Positions 49,878 through 60,170 are shown, numbered from the stretch's first letter. The stretch: DNA of 64,000 nt from an uncultured Candidatus Binatia bacterium (GCA_965200965.1 OZ241744.1:448001-512000), one strand, 5' to 3'. Notes: generated from the sequence alone by a model not told the origin. Made by a program: numbers and translations.

Positions 49878-50069
49878 CCCGCGACTCCTTGTTCTGGCGG
49901 ACATAGTACGCCGTGCCAGGGGGAAGGACAATCGTCACGGCAAGGAGGGGGGTTGACAAGGAAGTTCTGCGTTGACGCCTAGGACGAATCTGTTAAGCTT
50001 CGGACTCTGTGGAGCAGTCGCCGCAGCCGGGCTAGGCTGGCTGCTTTCCAACAAGGAAGGAGATGAGAT

Positions 50070-50424
50070 ATGACACAACCAAACTGAGCAAACCGGACGC
50101 TGTGGGCTCGGGGATAATCTCGACATCCTGCGGGGTATGAACGCGGAGGCGGTAGACCTGATCTACCTTGACCCGCCCTTCAACAGCAATCAGACCTATG
50201 CCGCCCCCATCGGCTCCGAAGCGGCCGGCGCGGCCTTCAAAGACACCTGGACGCTGGATGATGTAGACGTGGCTTGGCACGGCGAGATTGCCGAGCAGGA
50301 GCCGGCCCTGTACGCGATCATTGACGCTGCCGGCCTCAGCCACTCGCCGGGCATGAAGAGTTACCTGATTATGATGGCGGTGCGACTGCTGGAGATGCGC
50401 CGGGCTGGGAGCATTCGAAAATGA
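50070..50424 (+). pseudogene. DNA methyltransferase N-terminal remnant
   Basis: DNLDILRG...DLIYLDPPFNSN; in-frame TGA at codon 6, frameshift and truncation. Confidence 0.8.
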
Positions 50425-50507
50425 AACAAGGAAACCTATACTGATATTTATATTTGATATTCCTTCCTGGTGTGGTAGGCTGGTCTTTCCGCAACGAGGA
50501 TGACACT

Positions 50508-50723
50508 ATGAAGGAGACCTATACAGCAGTCGTGAAGCGGTCAGGTCCCTGGTGGATCGGATGGATTGAGGAGATTCCCGGCGTCAATTGCCAAGAACGG
50601 ACGAAAGCGGAATTGCTCACTACCTTGAAACTTGCGCTGCAAGAAGCCTTGGAGTTCAACTACCGGCGAGAAGTACGCGAGGCCGCCGGCGAGGGGTTTG
50701 AAAAAGCGGCCATCACCGTATGA
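50508..50723 (+). CDS. HicB-family antitoxin
   Basis: YTAVVK..WWIGWIEEIPGVNCQERT. Confidence 0.8.
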   Translation: MKETYTAVVKRSGPWWIGWIEEIPGVNCQERTKAELLTTLKLALQEALEFNYRREVREAAGEGFEKAAITV

Positions 50724-50908
50724 AACGCGCGGAATTTCTCCGGCATCTCCGCAGGAACAGATGTAAACAGCAGCGGGAAGGTCGGCGGCATTCGTGGTAG
50801 TGCAATCCCGATCAGAACAGATACTCGGCGGTTCCGAGGCATAACGAGATTGACAATAACTTGGCGCGTAAAATTTGCAAAGACCTCGGAGTGCCTGGCG
50901 TCAGCTAA
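50720..50908 (+). pseudogene. HicA-family toxin with internal TAG
   Basis: MKRAEFLRHL..REGRRHSW*CNP..AVPRHNEI..ICKDLG; TAG at 50798-50800; ATGA overlap with hicB. Confidence 0.82.
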
Positions 50909-51532
50909 GCCCCTTCAAATGATGCCGGTCGTTCAGCAATACCAGACGCCACAGGGAAAACAGACCGAACCGGCCGAAGACAAACGTGCCGTGCGAGGCC
51001 AAGCCAATGCGCAAATGATGGATATGGCCCAGATCAAGACCGAGGGCCGCGCGCAGAATGGCGGCGATGGTCATGGTGTGGCTCACGACCACCACCGAGC
51101 CGCTGATTGCGCGCTCTCGTACTTGATCGACGGCCGGCTGGGCTCGGCCCTGTACGGCTTGAAGCGTCTCGCCGCCCGGCGAGGTGTGGGCCGGGTCTTG
51201 CTGCCAGCGGTGGAAGAACGCGGTGTTATCGCTCAGCAGCCGCGTACCGGTCAAACCTTCGAGGGTACCCTGGTCCCTTCACGCAGGGCGGCGACAGGCT
51301 GGCAGGCTAGGCCGTGCGGGGCAGCAATCCGACGCGCGGTTTCCAGAGCGCGTTGCAGGGGGCTGGACAGAATCAGCTCGGGCCGCTTGGCAGCAAAGCT
51401 GTGGCCCAGGGTGTCGGCCTGCTCCAGCCCTTTTGCCGTCAACGCGATATCGGTGACGCCCTGACAGCGGCCGTCACGGTTCCAGCCGGTTTCGCCGTGA
51501 CGGACGAGGTGAACGCTCAGCAGGCTTGGCAT
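50901..51532 (-). CDS. histidine phosphatase family protein, frameshifted at ~51277
   Basis: LVRHGET, SSPLQRA, LRE in one frame; GGET, VVSH, LNDRHHL in the next. Confidence 0.82.
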
Positions 51533-51539
51533 GAGGGGT

Positions 51540-52757
51540 TCAGTAGATGACCTGCTCTTCGGTCAGCCGGGCAACCTCCTGCTCGCTCAGACCCAGGATT
51601 TCCCCAAAGACATAGGCGTTGTGCTGACCCATGACCGGGGCCGGCCAGCGCAAGGCCCCCGGCGTTTTGGACAGGTGAAATTGATGGCCTTCATACGGAG
51701 ACGGTCCCATCTCCTGATGGTCGAGATATTGAAACATACCCCAGGCGGCTAGGCGGGGGTCCTGGTGCAGGTCCAGGCAGTTCTGGACCACGCCGGCCGG
51801 CACGCCGGCCTGCTGCAAACGGTCTGCCGCGGCCTCTGCTTCCTGCTCCGCGGCCCAGGCCGTCAGCAGTTCGTCAAGGGCCGGGGCGTGCTCAAGGCGG
51901 AGCGTCTGGGTGCTGAAACGTGCCTCGCTCCCCCAAGAAGGCTTGCCCAGTGCCCGGATCAAGCCCTGCCATTGAGCGTCACTGCTGACCGAGATGGCCA
52001 GCCAACGGTCTTCTCCCTGACAGCGGTAGACCCCGTGCGGGGCGGACCGGAACGAGCGGTTGCCGTCACGGTTCAGCACCCGGCCGTTCACTTGGTAGTT
52101 GAGCAGGGCCGGCGACAGAAAGTGCAGGGCGGCTTCGTACTGGGCCATGTCGATGTACTGGCCCTTGCCGGTCCGCCGCCGATAGTCGAGCGCAGCCATG
52201 AGCACGGTCGCCCCGAAACGGGGGGCAATGAAGTCGGTGTAGGCACCGTAGGGCGGGGCTGGGTCACGGTCGGGCCAGCCCGAGATATGGTAGAAGCCGG
52301 TCAGCGAGGCCATCAGATTGCCAAAGCCCGGATATAGCGCGTGAGGTCCGGTCTGGCCCTGCTGACAGGTTGAGAGCATGATCAGCTCTGGGTTGATTGT
52401 GCGCAGATTGTCATAATCCAGCCCCCAGTTGCGCATCGCCTTGGGAGTAAAACTCTCAATTACAACATCGGCCCAGGCGACCAGTTTCCCGGCCAGTTCC
52501 CGGGCTCTGGGCTTGCTGAGGTCGAGGGTGATACCGTGCTTGCTGGTATTGAAACTGGCAAAGAACTGGCTGCGGTTGAGGCCGGGCTCCCCGTCCGTCC
52601 AGGGCGGGGCTTGGCGCAGAATATCGGGCCGGGCGCGCGACTCGACCCGGACGACTGTCGCCCCGTGGTCGGCCAGGTATTTGGCGGTAATGGGACCAAC
52701 GCCGACCCAGGCGAAGTCGGCGACTTTAATGCCATCAAATGCGTAGCGACGATCCAT
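51540..52757 (-). CDS. CaiB/BaiF family III CoA-transferase
   Basis: YLADHGATVVRVE, ADVVIESF, YGAYTD, GQYID. Confidence 0.9.
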   Translation of the reverse strand: MDRRYAFDGIKVADFAWVGVGPITAKYLADHGATVVRVESRARPDILRQAPPWTDGEPGLNRSQFFASFNTSKHGITLDLSKPRARELAGKLVAWADVVIESFTPKAMRNWGLDYDNLRTINPELIMLSTCQQGQTGPHALYPGFGNLMASLTGFYHISGWPDRDPAPPYGAYTDFIAPRFGATVLMAALDYRRRTGKGQYIDMAQYEAALHFLSPALLNYQVNGRVLNRDGNRSFRSAPHGVYRCQGEDRWLAISVSSDAQWQGLIRALGKPSWGSEARFSTQTLRLEHAPALDELLTAWAAEQEAEAAADRLQQAGVPAGVVQNCLDLHQDPRLAAWGMFQYLDHQEMGPSPYEGHQFHLSKTPGALRWPAPVMGQHNAYVFGEILGLSEQEVARLTEEQVIY

Positions 52758-52776
52758 AGTCTGCCTCCGCAAGGGC

Positions 52777-54063
52777 TTAGATCGCTCCGACCGCCCGCAG
52801 GCGGGCGAGCTGCTGGCGGTTGTAGCCGAGCAGGCCGGTGTACATCTCGGTGTTGTGCTCGCCGATATGCGGGGCGCGGCCGGCAATCGACAGCGGGGTG
52901 CGGCTCAGTTTGGCGAATGGACCCGGGTAGGGAATCGTCGCGCCCAGGTCTTCGTGCTCAACCGGTACAAAAAAATTGCGGGCAGCCAGCTGCTCGCTGG
53001 CGGTAATGTCCGCTACGGTAGCAACCGGGGCGAGCAGGATGCGCCGCTCCAGGGCCCCGGCGTAGATCTCGGCCTTGGTCATGGTTTTCAGAAAGGCAGT
53101 AATGGCCGACTCAATGGCGTCAATCTCCCGCTGGACTTCGTCGCCCCTGGCGTTCATAAAAGTCGCCGGTCCCCACTCGGTCCAGTCTTTGTCCAGCATC
53201 CACTGCGGGGCCATGCCCTTTTCGTCCATCCAGTCAAGAAAGGCTTTGAGCGAGGGGGTCAGCGGGCCGCCGGCGACCAGGAGGGTGATATAGCCGTCTT
53301 TGCAGGCAAAGACGAGACGCTGGCGCATGCCTTCAGAGCCGGCAAAAACGCCGTTCCGCTCGACCGAGTTGCCGTGCAGGATGGGAAATGCCTGCTCGTT
53401 CATCAGCGTCCAGACCACGCAGGCCTGCATATTGACCACAACGTGCTGGCCCTGTCCGCTCAGTTCACGCGGATAGTGGGCGGTCATGGAGCCGACCGCG
53501 GCTTCGGCGCTGGCGTGAAAATAGCTCTGCAACAGGTTGATGCGGGCCGGCCCGCGGTCTTTCTCGCCCATGATGGCCATGCCCCCGCCGGTTGCCCAGG
53601 CGATCAGATCGTCGGCCTGCTGGCCGCGGCCGGCTTCGGTGTCGCCAAACGGGGTGATGGAGGTCAGGATGATGCGCGGGTTGCACTGTGCCAGCGCTTC
53701 ATAGCCCAGCCCCAGTTTATCCAGATAGCCGACCGGAAAGGTCTCGATCACAAAGTCTGAGGCGGCGACCAGCGCCTGGAAAACGGCCCGCCCGTCCGCG
53801 TTTGTCAGGTCGAGGGTGATCCCCTTTTTCCCTGCGTTGTAGGCGAACCAGAACAGGCTTTTCTCAGGGTCTGCCTCATCGTGATAGAACGGCGGTAGGG
53901 TCCGAGCCGCCTCCCCGCCCGGCGGCTCCACCTTAATTACCTCAGCGCCCATGTCGGCCAGCATTTTTCCGCACAACATGCCTTTTTCGTCGCTCAGGTC
54001 AAGGACACGGTAGCCGGCCATCAGTGCGTTGGGCAGCGGACCGTTTGAGGCGGATGTCGTCAT
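52777..54063 (-). CDS. CaiB/BaiF family III CoA-transferase (possibly non-catalytic subunit)
   Basis: RVLDL, LADMGAEVIKVEPPGG, NAGKKGITLDL, SITPFG. Confidence 0.88.
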   Translation of the reverse strand: MTTSASNGPLPNALMAGYRVLDLSDEKGMLCGKMLADMGAEVIKVEPPGGEAARTLPPFYHDEADPEKSLFWFAYNAGKKGITLDLTNADGRAVFQALVAASDFVIETFPVGYLDKLGLGYEALAQCNPRIILTSITPFGDTEAGRGQQADDLIAWATGGGMAIMGEKDRGPARINLLQSYFHASAEAAVGSMTAHYPRELSGQGQHVVVNMQACVVWTLMNEQAFPILHGNSVERNGVFAGSEGMRQRLVFACKDGYITLLVAGGPLTPSLKAFLDWMDEKGMAPQWMLDKDWTEWGPATFMNARGDEVQREIDAIESAITAFLKTMTKAEIYAGALERRILLAPVATVADITASEQLAARNFFVPVEHEDLGATIPYPGPFAKLSRTPLSIAGRAPHIGEHNTEMYTGLLGYNRQQLARLRAVGAI

Positions 54064-54160
54064 TGCGTGGCTCCTTGTGTTGGATGTCATTGCGCGCCGG
54101 CGGCCCGGAGTGCCGGGCAAACTGTACGGCTGAACCGCGTGCTGAGTCAAGCACGCTGCC

Positions 54161-54967
54161 TCAGGGCAAGAGGGCAATAATCCGCACCGGTGCCCCTGAG
54201 CCGCCGGCGATTTTCATCGGGAGAGCGATCAGCAGCGCCCCGGTTGGCGGCAGCCGGTCCAGATTGGCTACATTCTCCAGCCCGGGCAGGTTGGCTGCGT
54301 GAACGATCTGATGCGCCCCAAAGTCGGACGACTGGCCATAATCAAGACTTGGCGTATCAACACCAATCGCGTCAACGCTGCGCTGGGAGACCAGAAAGCG
54401 GGCGGCCTCGTCAGAGAAGCCCGGAAAATGCAGATTGGCCACATCGCCGGGCCGGTCGGTGCCGAGGTAGCGCTTTGTATCCGGCCAGCGTTTGCCCCAT
54501 CCACTCCGCATCAGCACGATGGCACCGGCCGGGATGGGACCGTGGGCGCGTTCCCATCCCGTGATATCGGCCACGCTCAGCCGATAATCGGGGTTGGTCG
54601 CGGCCTGAGCCTCGACGTCAATCACGACTGCCGGGCCGATGAGTTGTTGAACCGGCACCTCGGCCGCGGTCCGCTTGCCCTCAGCAAAATGGATCGGGGC
54701 GTCCATATGGGTGCCGCCGTGTTCCGCCAGGCAGATATTGTTGGCTGCATACCAGTAGCCGGCTGCGGTTTGGCCGACAGCGACAACCTCGAGTTGAAAC
54801 GGCTTGGCCGTTGGCCAGAAGATCGTGTTTTCGTCGAACGCATAGGTGAGATCAATCACCTTGTTGTCGTCGATATCCCAGCCGGCCCACACCCCGGGGG
54901 CCGACAGCCAGCCGCTCAGAATGACGGACAGGGTAAAAGTACCGCAGATTTTCAGGCAGCCCGACAT
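54161..54967 (-). CDS. secreted cyclase/kynurenine formamidase-like metal hydrolase
   Basis: EHGGTHMDAPIHF, GVDTPS, LEN, GSGAPVR; N-terminal signal peptide. Confidence 0.88.
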   Translation of the reverse strand: MSGCLKICGTFTLSVILSGWLSAPGVWAGWDIDDNKVIDLTYAFDENTIFWPTAKPFQLEVVAVGQTAAGYWYAANNICLAEHGGTHMDAPIHFAEGKRTAAEVPVQQLIGPAVVIDVEAQAATNPDYRLSVADITGWERAHGPIPAGAIVLMRSGWGKRWPDTKRYLGTDRPGDVANLHFPGFSDEAARFLVSQRSVDAIGVDTPSLDYGQSSDFGAHQIVHAANLPGLENVANLDRLPPTGALLIALPMKIAGGSGAPVRIIALLP

Positions 54968-55112
54968 GCGCTTTCCTCCTGTGTGTTGCAATAGCGCATG
55001 GACAGCCAGCCGACAAGCGAGGCCGCGATTGACAAACCCCAGGAGCCAGCAGGATAATCGGGGCCCCTATTTGCCCTCGGCTCCTCGCCCTGAGCACAGT
55101 AAGGAGGAAGCA

Positions 55113-56228
55113 ATGGTTCGGCAGTATACATTCCCCCAGTTGGAAAACGTGATTTTTGGGGCCGGCGCGCTCGATCGCGTGCCCGGCGAACTCGACCGTT
55201 TTGGCAAGTGCCGCGCCCTCGTCCTGACCGGCCACAGCCTGTCAACCACAACCGATCTCATCCAGCAATTTGAAGCCATGCTCGGCGAGTGCTGGGCCGG
55301 AACGTATACCGGCTGCAAACAGCATGTGCCGAGCCACACGGTTGACGAAGCCCTGGCTCTGGCCCGCGATCGCGGGGCCGATTCGATTATCAGCTTTGGC
55401 GGTGGCAGTCCGATTGACGCGGCTAAAATTGTGGCCCTGGAACTGTTGGAAGACGGCCAGAGCCAAGCCGATATGCCCCAGATCGCCATCTCGACAACCC
55501 TGTCCGCGGGGGAGTTCACCCCGTTTGCCGGGATTACGGATGAGGAGACGCGGGTGAAAGGGCTGCGGGTTGATCCACGGATTGTTCCTAAAACGGTCGT
55601 GCTTGACCCCCAGGTGACCCTGCCGACCCCGCAACAGCTCTGGACGGCCACCGGCATTAAGGCACTCGATCATGCCATTGAGGCCCTGTGGTCGGTCAAC
55701 CCCCAGCCGGTGTCTGACGCGCTGGCCATGGAAGCGATTCGCAAGCTGTACGTCTCGCTGCCCCTGTCGGTACAGGAACCCGACAATGTTGAGGCCCGCG
55801 GCGAGTGTCAGGTGGCGGCTTGGCTGTCCATTTTTGGCTTGGGCAATGTCGGCGTCCGCCTGAGCCATATCTTCGGCCACCAGATCGGCGCGCGCTGGGA
55901 TGTGCCGCACGGGGTGACCTCGTGCATCACCATTCCCCACTGCATGCGGTTTCTGGCCCCGCAAACCCTGGAGCAGCAGGCCAAGATCGCCGAGGCGTTC
56001 GGCATCCAGACCAAGGGGCGCTCGCTCGAAGCGGTTGCGGCTGAGGCCGCCGAGGTGGTCGAGGGCTTTATTGACAGCTTTGACGTGCCCCGCCGGCTGC
56101 GGGATGTCGGGGCCAAGGAAGACGAGTTGTCGGTTGTGGCCGGGGCGGTGATTGAAGAAAGCTCGCTGTGGCACAAGCAACAGGGGGCTGAAGAAGCCAT
56201 GCTGGGGCTGCTCAGGGCGATGTGGTAG
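55113..56228 (+). CDS. iron-containing alcohol dehydrogenase family (maleylacetate reductase-like)
   Basis: GGGSPIDAAK, TTLSAGE, ALDHAIE, HIFGH, PHG. Confidence 0.88.
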   Translation: MVRQYTFPQLENVIFGAGALDRVPGELDRFGKCRALVLTGHSLSTTTDLIQQFEAMLGECWAGTYTGCKQHVPSHTVDEALALARDRGADSIISFGGGSPIDAAKIVALELLEDGQSQADMPQIAISTTLSAGEFTPFAGITDEETRVKGLRVDPRIVPKTVVLDPQVTLPTPQQLWTATGIKALDHAIEALWSVNPQPVSDALAMEAIRKLYVSLPLSVQEPDNVEARGECQVAAWLSIFGLGNVGVRLSHIFGHQIGARWDVPHGVTSCITIPHCMRFLAPQTLEQQAKIAEAFGIQTKGRSLEAVAAEAAEVVEGFIDSFDVPRRLRDVGAKEDELSVVAGAVIEESSLWHKQQGAEEAMLGLLRAMW

Positions 56229-56295
56229 TGCATGACTTGCAGCTTTTCTTTCTCGCCGGGAAAGTGCTAAGGGAGGAGGGAAGGAGGGATGCGCT

Positions 56296-57711
56296 ATGGC
56301 AAGCCTCGCTGAACTGTGTACCAGGACCATGACCGAAGTTGCCGCGCTGATCCAGAGCAAAGAGGTCTCGCCGGTGGAACTGACCCGGGCCATGCTGGAC
56401 CGCATTGAAGCCCTTGACGGCAAGCTGTGCAGCTATATCACGGTGAGCGCGGATTTTGCCCTGGAACAGGCCCGGGCCGCAGAGCAGGAACTCACGGCCG
56501 GGACCTACCGGGGACCCTTGCACGGCATCCCGGTTGCCGTCAAAGACCTGTGTTTCACCAAGGGCATTCGCACCACCTGCGCGTCGAAGATCCTGGCCGA
56601 CTGGACGCCCGACTCCAACGCCACGGTCATTGACAAACTGTACGCCGCCGGCGCGGTGCTGCTGGGCAAACTGGGTATGACGGAGTTTGCCCTGTCCGGT
56701 TATCATCCCTCCGTCCAAGCTCCGCGCAACCCGTGGAATCTCGACCGCTGGCCGGGCGCGTCATCAAGCGGTTCCGGGGCTGCCACGGCCGCCTCGCTGT
56801 GCTTTGGCTCGCTCGGCTCAGATACCGGCGGCTCAATCCGGTTTCCGTCCGCAGCGTGCGGCGTTGTGGGCATCAAGCAGACCTATGGCCGGGTCAGCCG
56901 CTACGGCGTGTTTCCGCTCGGCGAGACGCTCGACCATGTGGGGCCGATGACGCGCAGCGTGGCCGATGCAGCGGTTATGCTGCGGGCAATTGCCGGCTTT
57001 GATCCGAACGATCCGACCACCCGGCGGGAATCGGTCCGCGACTATCTGGACCTGCTTGATAACGGGGGCAGGGCGCTGCGGATCGGCGTTGATGAAGCCT
57101 ACTGCACAGAGGGCGTACACGCCGAGGTCAGTCAGGCCGTCCTGTCAACGGTCAAGGTGTTGCAGGACTTAGGCGCTGAGATCCGCGAAGTGAAGGTGAG
57201 TGGGATCAACACCGAGGCGCTGGACGCCTGGTTTACGATCTGCGCCGCGGAGGCGGCCGCGGCCCACGCCGAGACCTACCCGGCCCGGGCCGACGACTAC
57301 GGGCCAACCTTCCGTTCTTTTCTGGAGGAAGGGGTCAAGGTCAGCGGGGCAGACTATGTGAAAGCCTCAATCATCCGCCAGGGTGTGTGCCGCATGATTG
57401 ACAACCTGTGGCAAGAGGTTGATCTGCTGCTGTGCCCGTCGATGCCCAGCCCGCCCATTCCCCTATCGGAGTTTTCTCCCCACGCTTCCCTGTCCAGAGC
57501 GGCCGCCGGCGGTCTGCTGCGTCACACCGCGCCGTTTGATTTTTCAGGCAGTCCGACCATCTCGGTTCCGTGTGGCTTTGACTCGGAGGGGCTGCCGCTG
57601 AGTCTCCAACTCGTTGGCCGGCATGGTGAGGAGGGTACCGTCATACAGGCCGGCCACGCCTATGAGCAGGCCACCGAGTGGCATACCCATCGTCCGCCGG
57701 TTGAGGGCTAG
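56296..57711 (+). CDS. amidase signature family enzyme
   Basis: GPLHGIPVAVKD, GASSSGSG, GSDTGGSIRFP. Confidence 0.93.
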   Translation: MASLAELCTRTMTEVAALIQSKEVSPVELTRAMLDRIEALDGKLCSYITVSADFALEQARAAEQELTAGTYRGPLHGIPVAVKDLCFTKGIRTTCASKILADWTPDSNATVIDKLYAAGAVLLGKLGMTEFALSGYHPSVQAPRNPWNLDRWPGASSSGSGAATAASLCFGSLGSDTGGSIRFPSAACGVVGIKQTYGRVSRYGVFPLGETLDHVGPMTRSVADAAVMLRAIAGFDPNDPTTRRESVRDYLDLLDNGGRALRIGVDEAYCTEGVHAEVSQAVLSTVKVLQDLGAEIREVKVSGINTEALDAWFTICAAEAAAAHAETYPARADDYGPTFRSFLEEGVKVSGADYVKASIIRQGVCRMIDNLWQEVDLLLCPSMPSPPIPLSEFSPHASLSRAAAGGLLRHTAPFDFSGSPTISVPCGFDSEGLPLSLQLVGRHGEEGTVIQAGHAYEQATEWHTHRPPVEG

Positions 57712-57736
57712 ACCGCGGCCCACCGTCTGGCTTGGC

Positions 57737-58960
57737 TCAGGTCTCGCCCCGGTACAGCACGCCCTGGGCGTACAGGCTGGCGAGACTGTCCAGCGCGCGG
57801 CCTAGGTAGCGGCCTAAGACCTCATCGTTGTGCTCGCCCAGGAAGGGCGCTTCAAGCGCAAGGCTGTCTGGAAAGGCCGAGAACTTGAATGGAAAGCCAG
57901 GGATTGTCACCTCGCCCAGAATCCGGTCAGGGACTTGGCGGACCATCTTGCGGGCGGTGAAATACGGGTGCGAAACCGTCTCCTCAATCGACAGGACCGG
58001 GCCGGCCGGCACCCGGTGGTCGGCCAGGGCTTTGAGTGCCGCCTCATCGGTTGGGAAGGATTGCAGCCAAGCTTCGATCATGGCGATCAACTCTGCCTGA
58101 TGTTTGGCCCGCCGGCCGGCTGAGGAGAAGCGCGGGTCGTTGCTCAACTCCGGCCGGCCCAGCGCCCGGGCCACATTCGGCCACTGGCGGTTGAGGGCCA
58201 GAATCACCATATAGCCCTCCGGGCCTTTGAAGACCCCCTGGGGGCACGACAGTCGGTGGTGGATGCCAAACCGCAGCGGCGTATAGGCCCCCTTGCTGGC
58301 CGCGTACAACTGCACCTCCACCGACTGCATATGGTACAGGGCATCGACCATTGCTAGGTCAATGTATTGCCCCTGGCCGGTGCGGCCGCGGTGCAGCAGG
58401 GCATAGCCGAGGGCGGCAAAGGCGTGGACGCCGGCCACCCCGTCGGCAATCGCCACGCCGACAAAGCGGGGCGGGCCGTCTGGGTCGCCGGTCATGTGCA
58501 TGATGCCCGAAAACGCCTGGGCGATGTAATCGTAGCCGGTCAGGTGCGACATCGGCCCCTGGCGGCCAAAGGCCGAGATGGAGCACATGATGAGGCCGGG
58601 GTTGAGTTGTCTCAGCGCCTCATAGTCCAGGCCGCGGCGCTCAAGTACGCCCGGCCCGTAATTCTCAATCACCACATCCACATGAGGGATCAGCGCCTGG
58701 ATCAGCCTAATGGCTTCGGGTTTTTTGAAGTTGAGGCACAGGCTCTTCTTGCCCCGGTTCTGCTGAATGAAGTAGACACTGCGGCCATCCTTGAGAAATG
58801 GAATGGTGCGCGACGGGTCGCCGTGATCGGCCTGCTCAACCTTGATAACCTCAGCACCAAGTTCGGCCATTAGCCGGGTCGCGGTCGGCCCGGCAAGATA
58901 TTGGGTGAAATCCAGGACAGTGACGCCGTCCAGCATGGGCGGCTGGCTTGCCTTGCTCAT
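57737..58960 (-). CDS. CaiB/BaiF family III CoA-transferase
   Basis: LAGP, LGAEVIKVE, NRGKKS, GYDYIAQ, IADG. Confidence 0.92.
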   Translation of the reverse strand: MSKASQPPMLDGVTVLDFTQYLAGPTATRLMAELGAEVIKVEQADHGDPSRTIPFLKDGRSVYFIQQNRGKKSLCLNFKKPEAIRLIQALIPHVDVVIENYGPGVLERRGLDYEALRQLNPGLIMCSISAFGRQGPMSHLTGYDYIAQAFSGIMHMTGDPDGPPRFVGVAIADGVAGVHAFAALGYALLHRGRTGQGQYIDLAMVDALYHMQSVEVQLYAASKGAYTPLRFGIHHRLSCPQGVFKGPEGYMVILALNRQWPNVARALGRPELSNDPRFSSAGRRAKHQAELIAMIEAWLQSFPTDEAALKALADHRVPAGPVLSIEETVSHPYFTARKMVRQVPDRILGEVTIPGFPFKFSAFPDSLALEAPFLGEHNDEVLGRYLGRALDSLASLYAQGVLYRGET

Positions 58961-59110
58961 ACGCTCTCCCTCCGTGCCAGCCTGTATAGCCTACCGGGCG
59001 GCGTCTTGCCATTGTCTGGCCGGGCGGTCTATACCGAAGGACGCCTCGCGATATCTCGACAGGAAGGCATCACGAGGCGTCCTTAAGGGCAGGGAGAGGA
59101 GGGTGACGGC

Positions 59111-59527
59111 ATGACCGGCCCGGAGAAGGTCGTCAAACACCTGGAGATGACCCAAGCCATCATTAACCGTTTGGGGAGCAACTCCTTCCAGCTTAAAGCT
59201 TGGAGTATGACCCTCATTGCGGCCGCGATGATGTTGATTGCCCGACGCGACCTGCAAAGTCCCGGTATCATCCCGGCATTCATCCTGCCCATTGTCGGGT
59301 TCTGGATCCTGGACGGGTATTTTCTTTGGCAGGAGAGGTTGTTTTGGCAGGTGTACGACGAGCTCAGAGGGCAAGCGGACACGGATTTCAAGATGGATGC
59401 GCTGAAGCATCAGACCAAGCCCCAATGCAGTTGGCCGTCTGCCGTGTTTTCTGTAACCCTGAGCGTTTTCTATGGGGTAGAGTGCGCGTTGACCCTGCTT
59501 GCGTTTGCGATAATCGCCGCGCCCTGA
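59111..59527 (+). CDS. small membrane protein, uncharacterised
   Basis: KHLEMTQAIINRLGSNSF..KAW, FWILDGYFLWQERLF..YD; three hydrophobic segments; GGAGG RBS. Confidence 0.75.
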   Translation: MTGPEKVVKHLEMTQAIINRLGSNSFQLKAWSMTLIAAAMMLIARRDLQSPGIIPAFILPIVGFWILDGYFLWQERLFWQVYDELRGQADTDFKMDALKHQTKPQCSWPSAVFSVTLSVFYGVECALTLLAFAIIAAP

Positions 59528-59557
59528 CACAGACAGGTTTCAGCAAGGCGGGGAGGT

Positions 59558-59719
59558 ATGCAGGCGCTCTACTGGGACGGGCAACAGCTACAGTTCAGGC
59601 GGGACTATGCCAGCTATTCATTGGGCCGCTTCTTGATACGGTCTATCCCTTGGCCGAGGGGATTGAGGCGGTCGGTCGCGCGGCCCGGGGTGCTGAAAGT
59701 CGTGCTGAAAAACGCCTGA
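59558..59719 (+). pseudogene. zinc/MDR alcohol dehydrogenase ghost (N- and C-termini only)
   Basis: GGAGG RBS, MQALYWDGQQLQFRRDY, then PLLDTVYPLAEGIEAV and GVLKVVL in other frames. Confidence 0.6.
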
Positions 59720-59732
59720 GGGGAGGGCGAGT

Positions 59733-60170
59733 ATGAAAATCCCAGGATGGCTCTGGATGGCCGCTGCTGGCGTGCTGGTGCTGGCCTGGATCGAATGGAC
59801 TAGGCCGGACAGCGAGCCGCTGCCGGCGTCACGCGCAGTGGCGTTCTTTAATGCGGCCGGCTCAGGCGACGTAGCAACCCTTGAACACCTGCTGGGCAGC
59901 GGGATGGACGTGAACGCCAGAGACGACAGCTTTGGCTATACAGCGCTGATTATCGCCTCTCGCCGGGGACATCTCCCGGTTGTTGAGCTGCTGCTGGCCA
60001 AAGGGGCGGATGTCAACGCCACGGACCATTATGGCAATACGGCCCTGCGCTGGGCGCTGAAAGCCAATAAAGGTGAGGCCCAGGCGGTTGTTCAACGGCT
60101 CAAGCAGGCCGGGGCGGTCGAGCCGGACCGGGCCGGGCGCGTGTTGCCGAGCCTCGTGTTTCCCTGCTAG
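59733..60170 (+). CDS. ankyrin repeat protein with N-terminal membrane anchor
   Basis: GMDVNARD, GYTALIIA..GHLPVVELLL..GADVN, GNTAL. Confidence 0.88.
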   Translation: MKIPGWLWMAAAGVLVLAWIEWTRPDSEPLPASRAVAFFNAAGSGDVATLEHLLGSGMDVNARDDSFGYTALIIASRRGHLPVVELLLAKGADVNATDHYGNTALRWALKANKGEAQAVVQRLKQAGAVEPDRAGRVLPSLVFPC

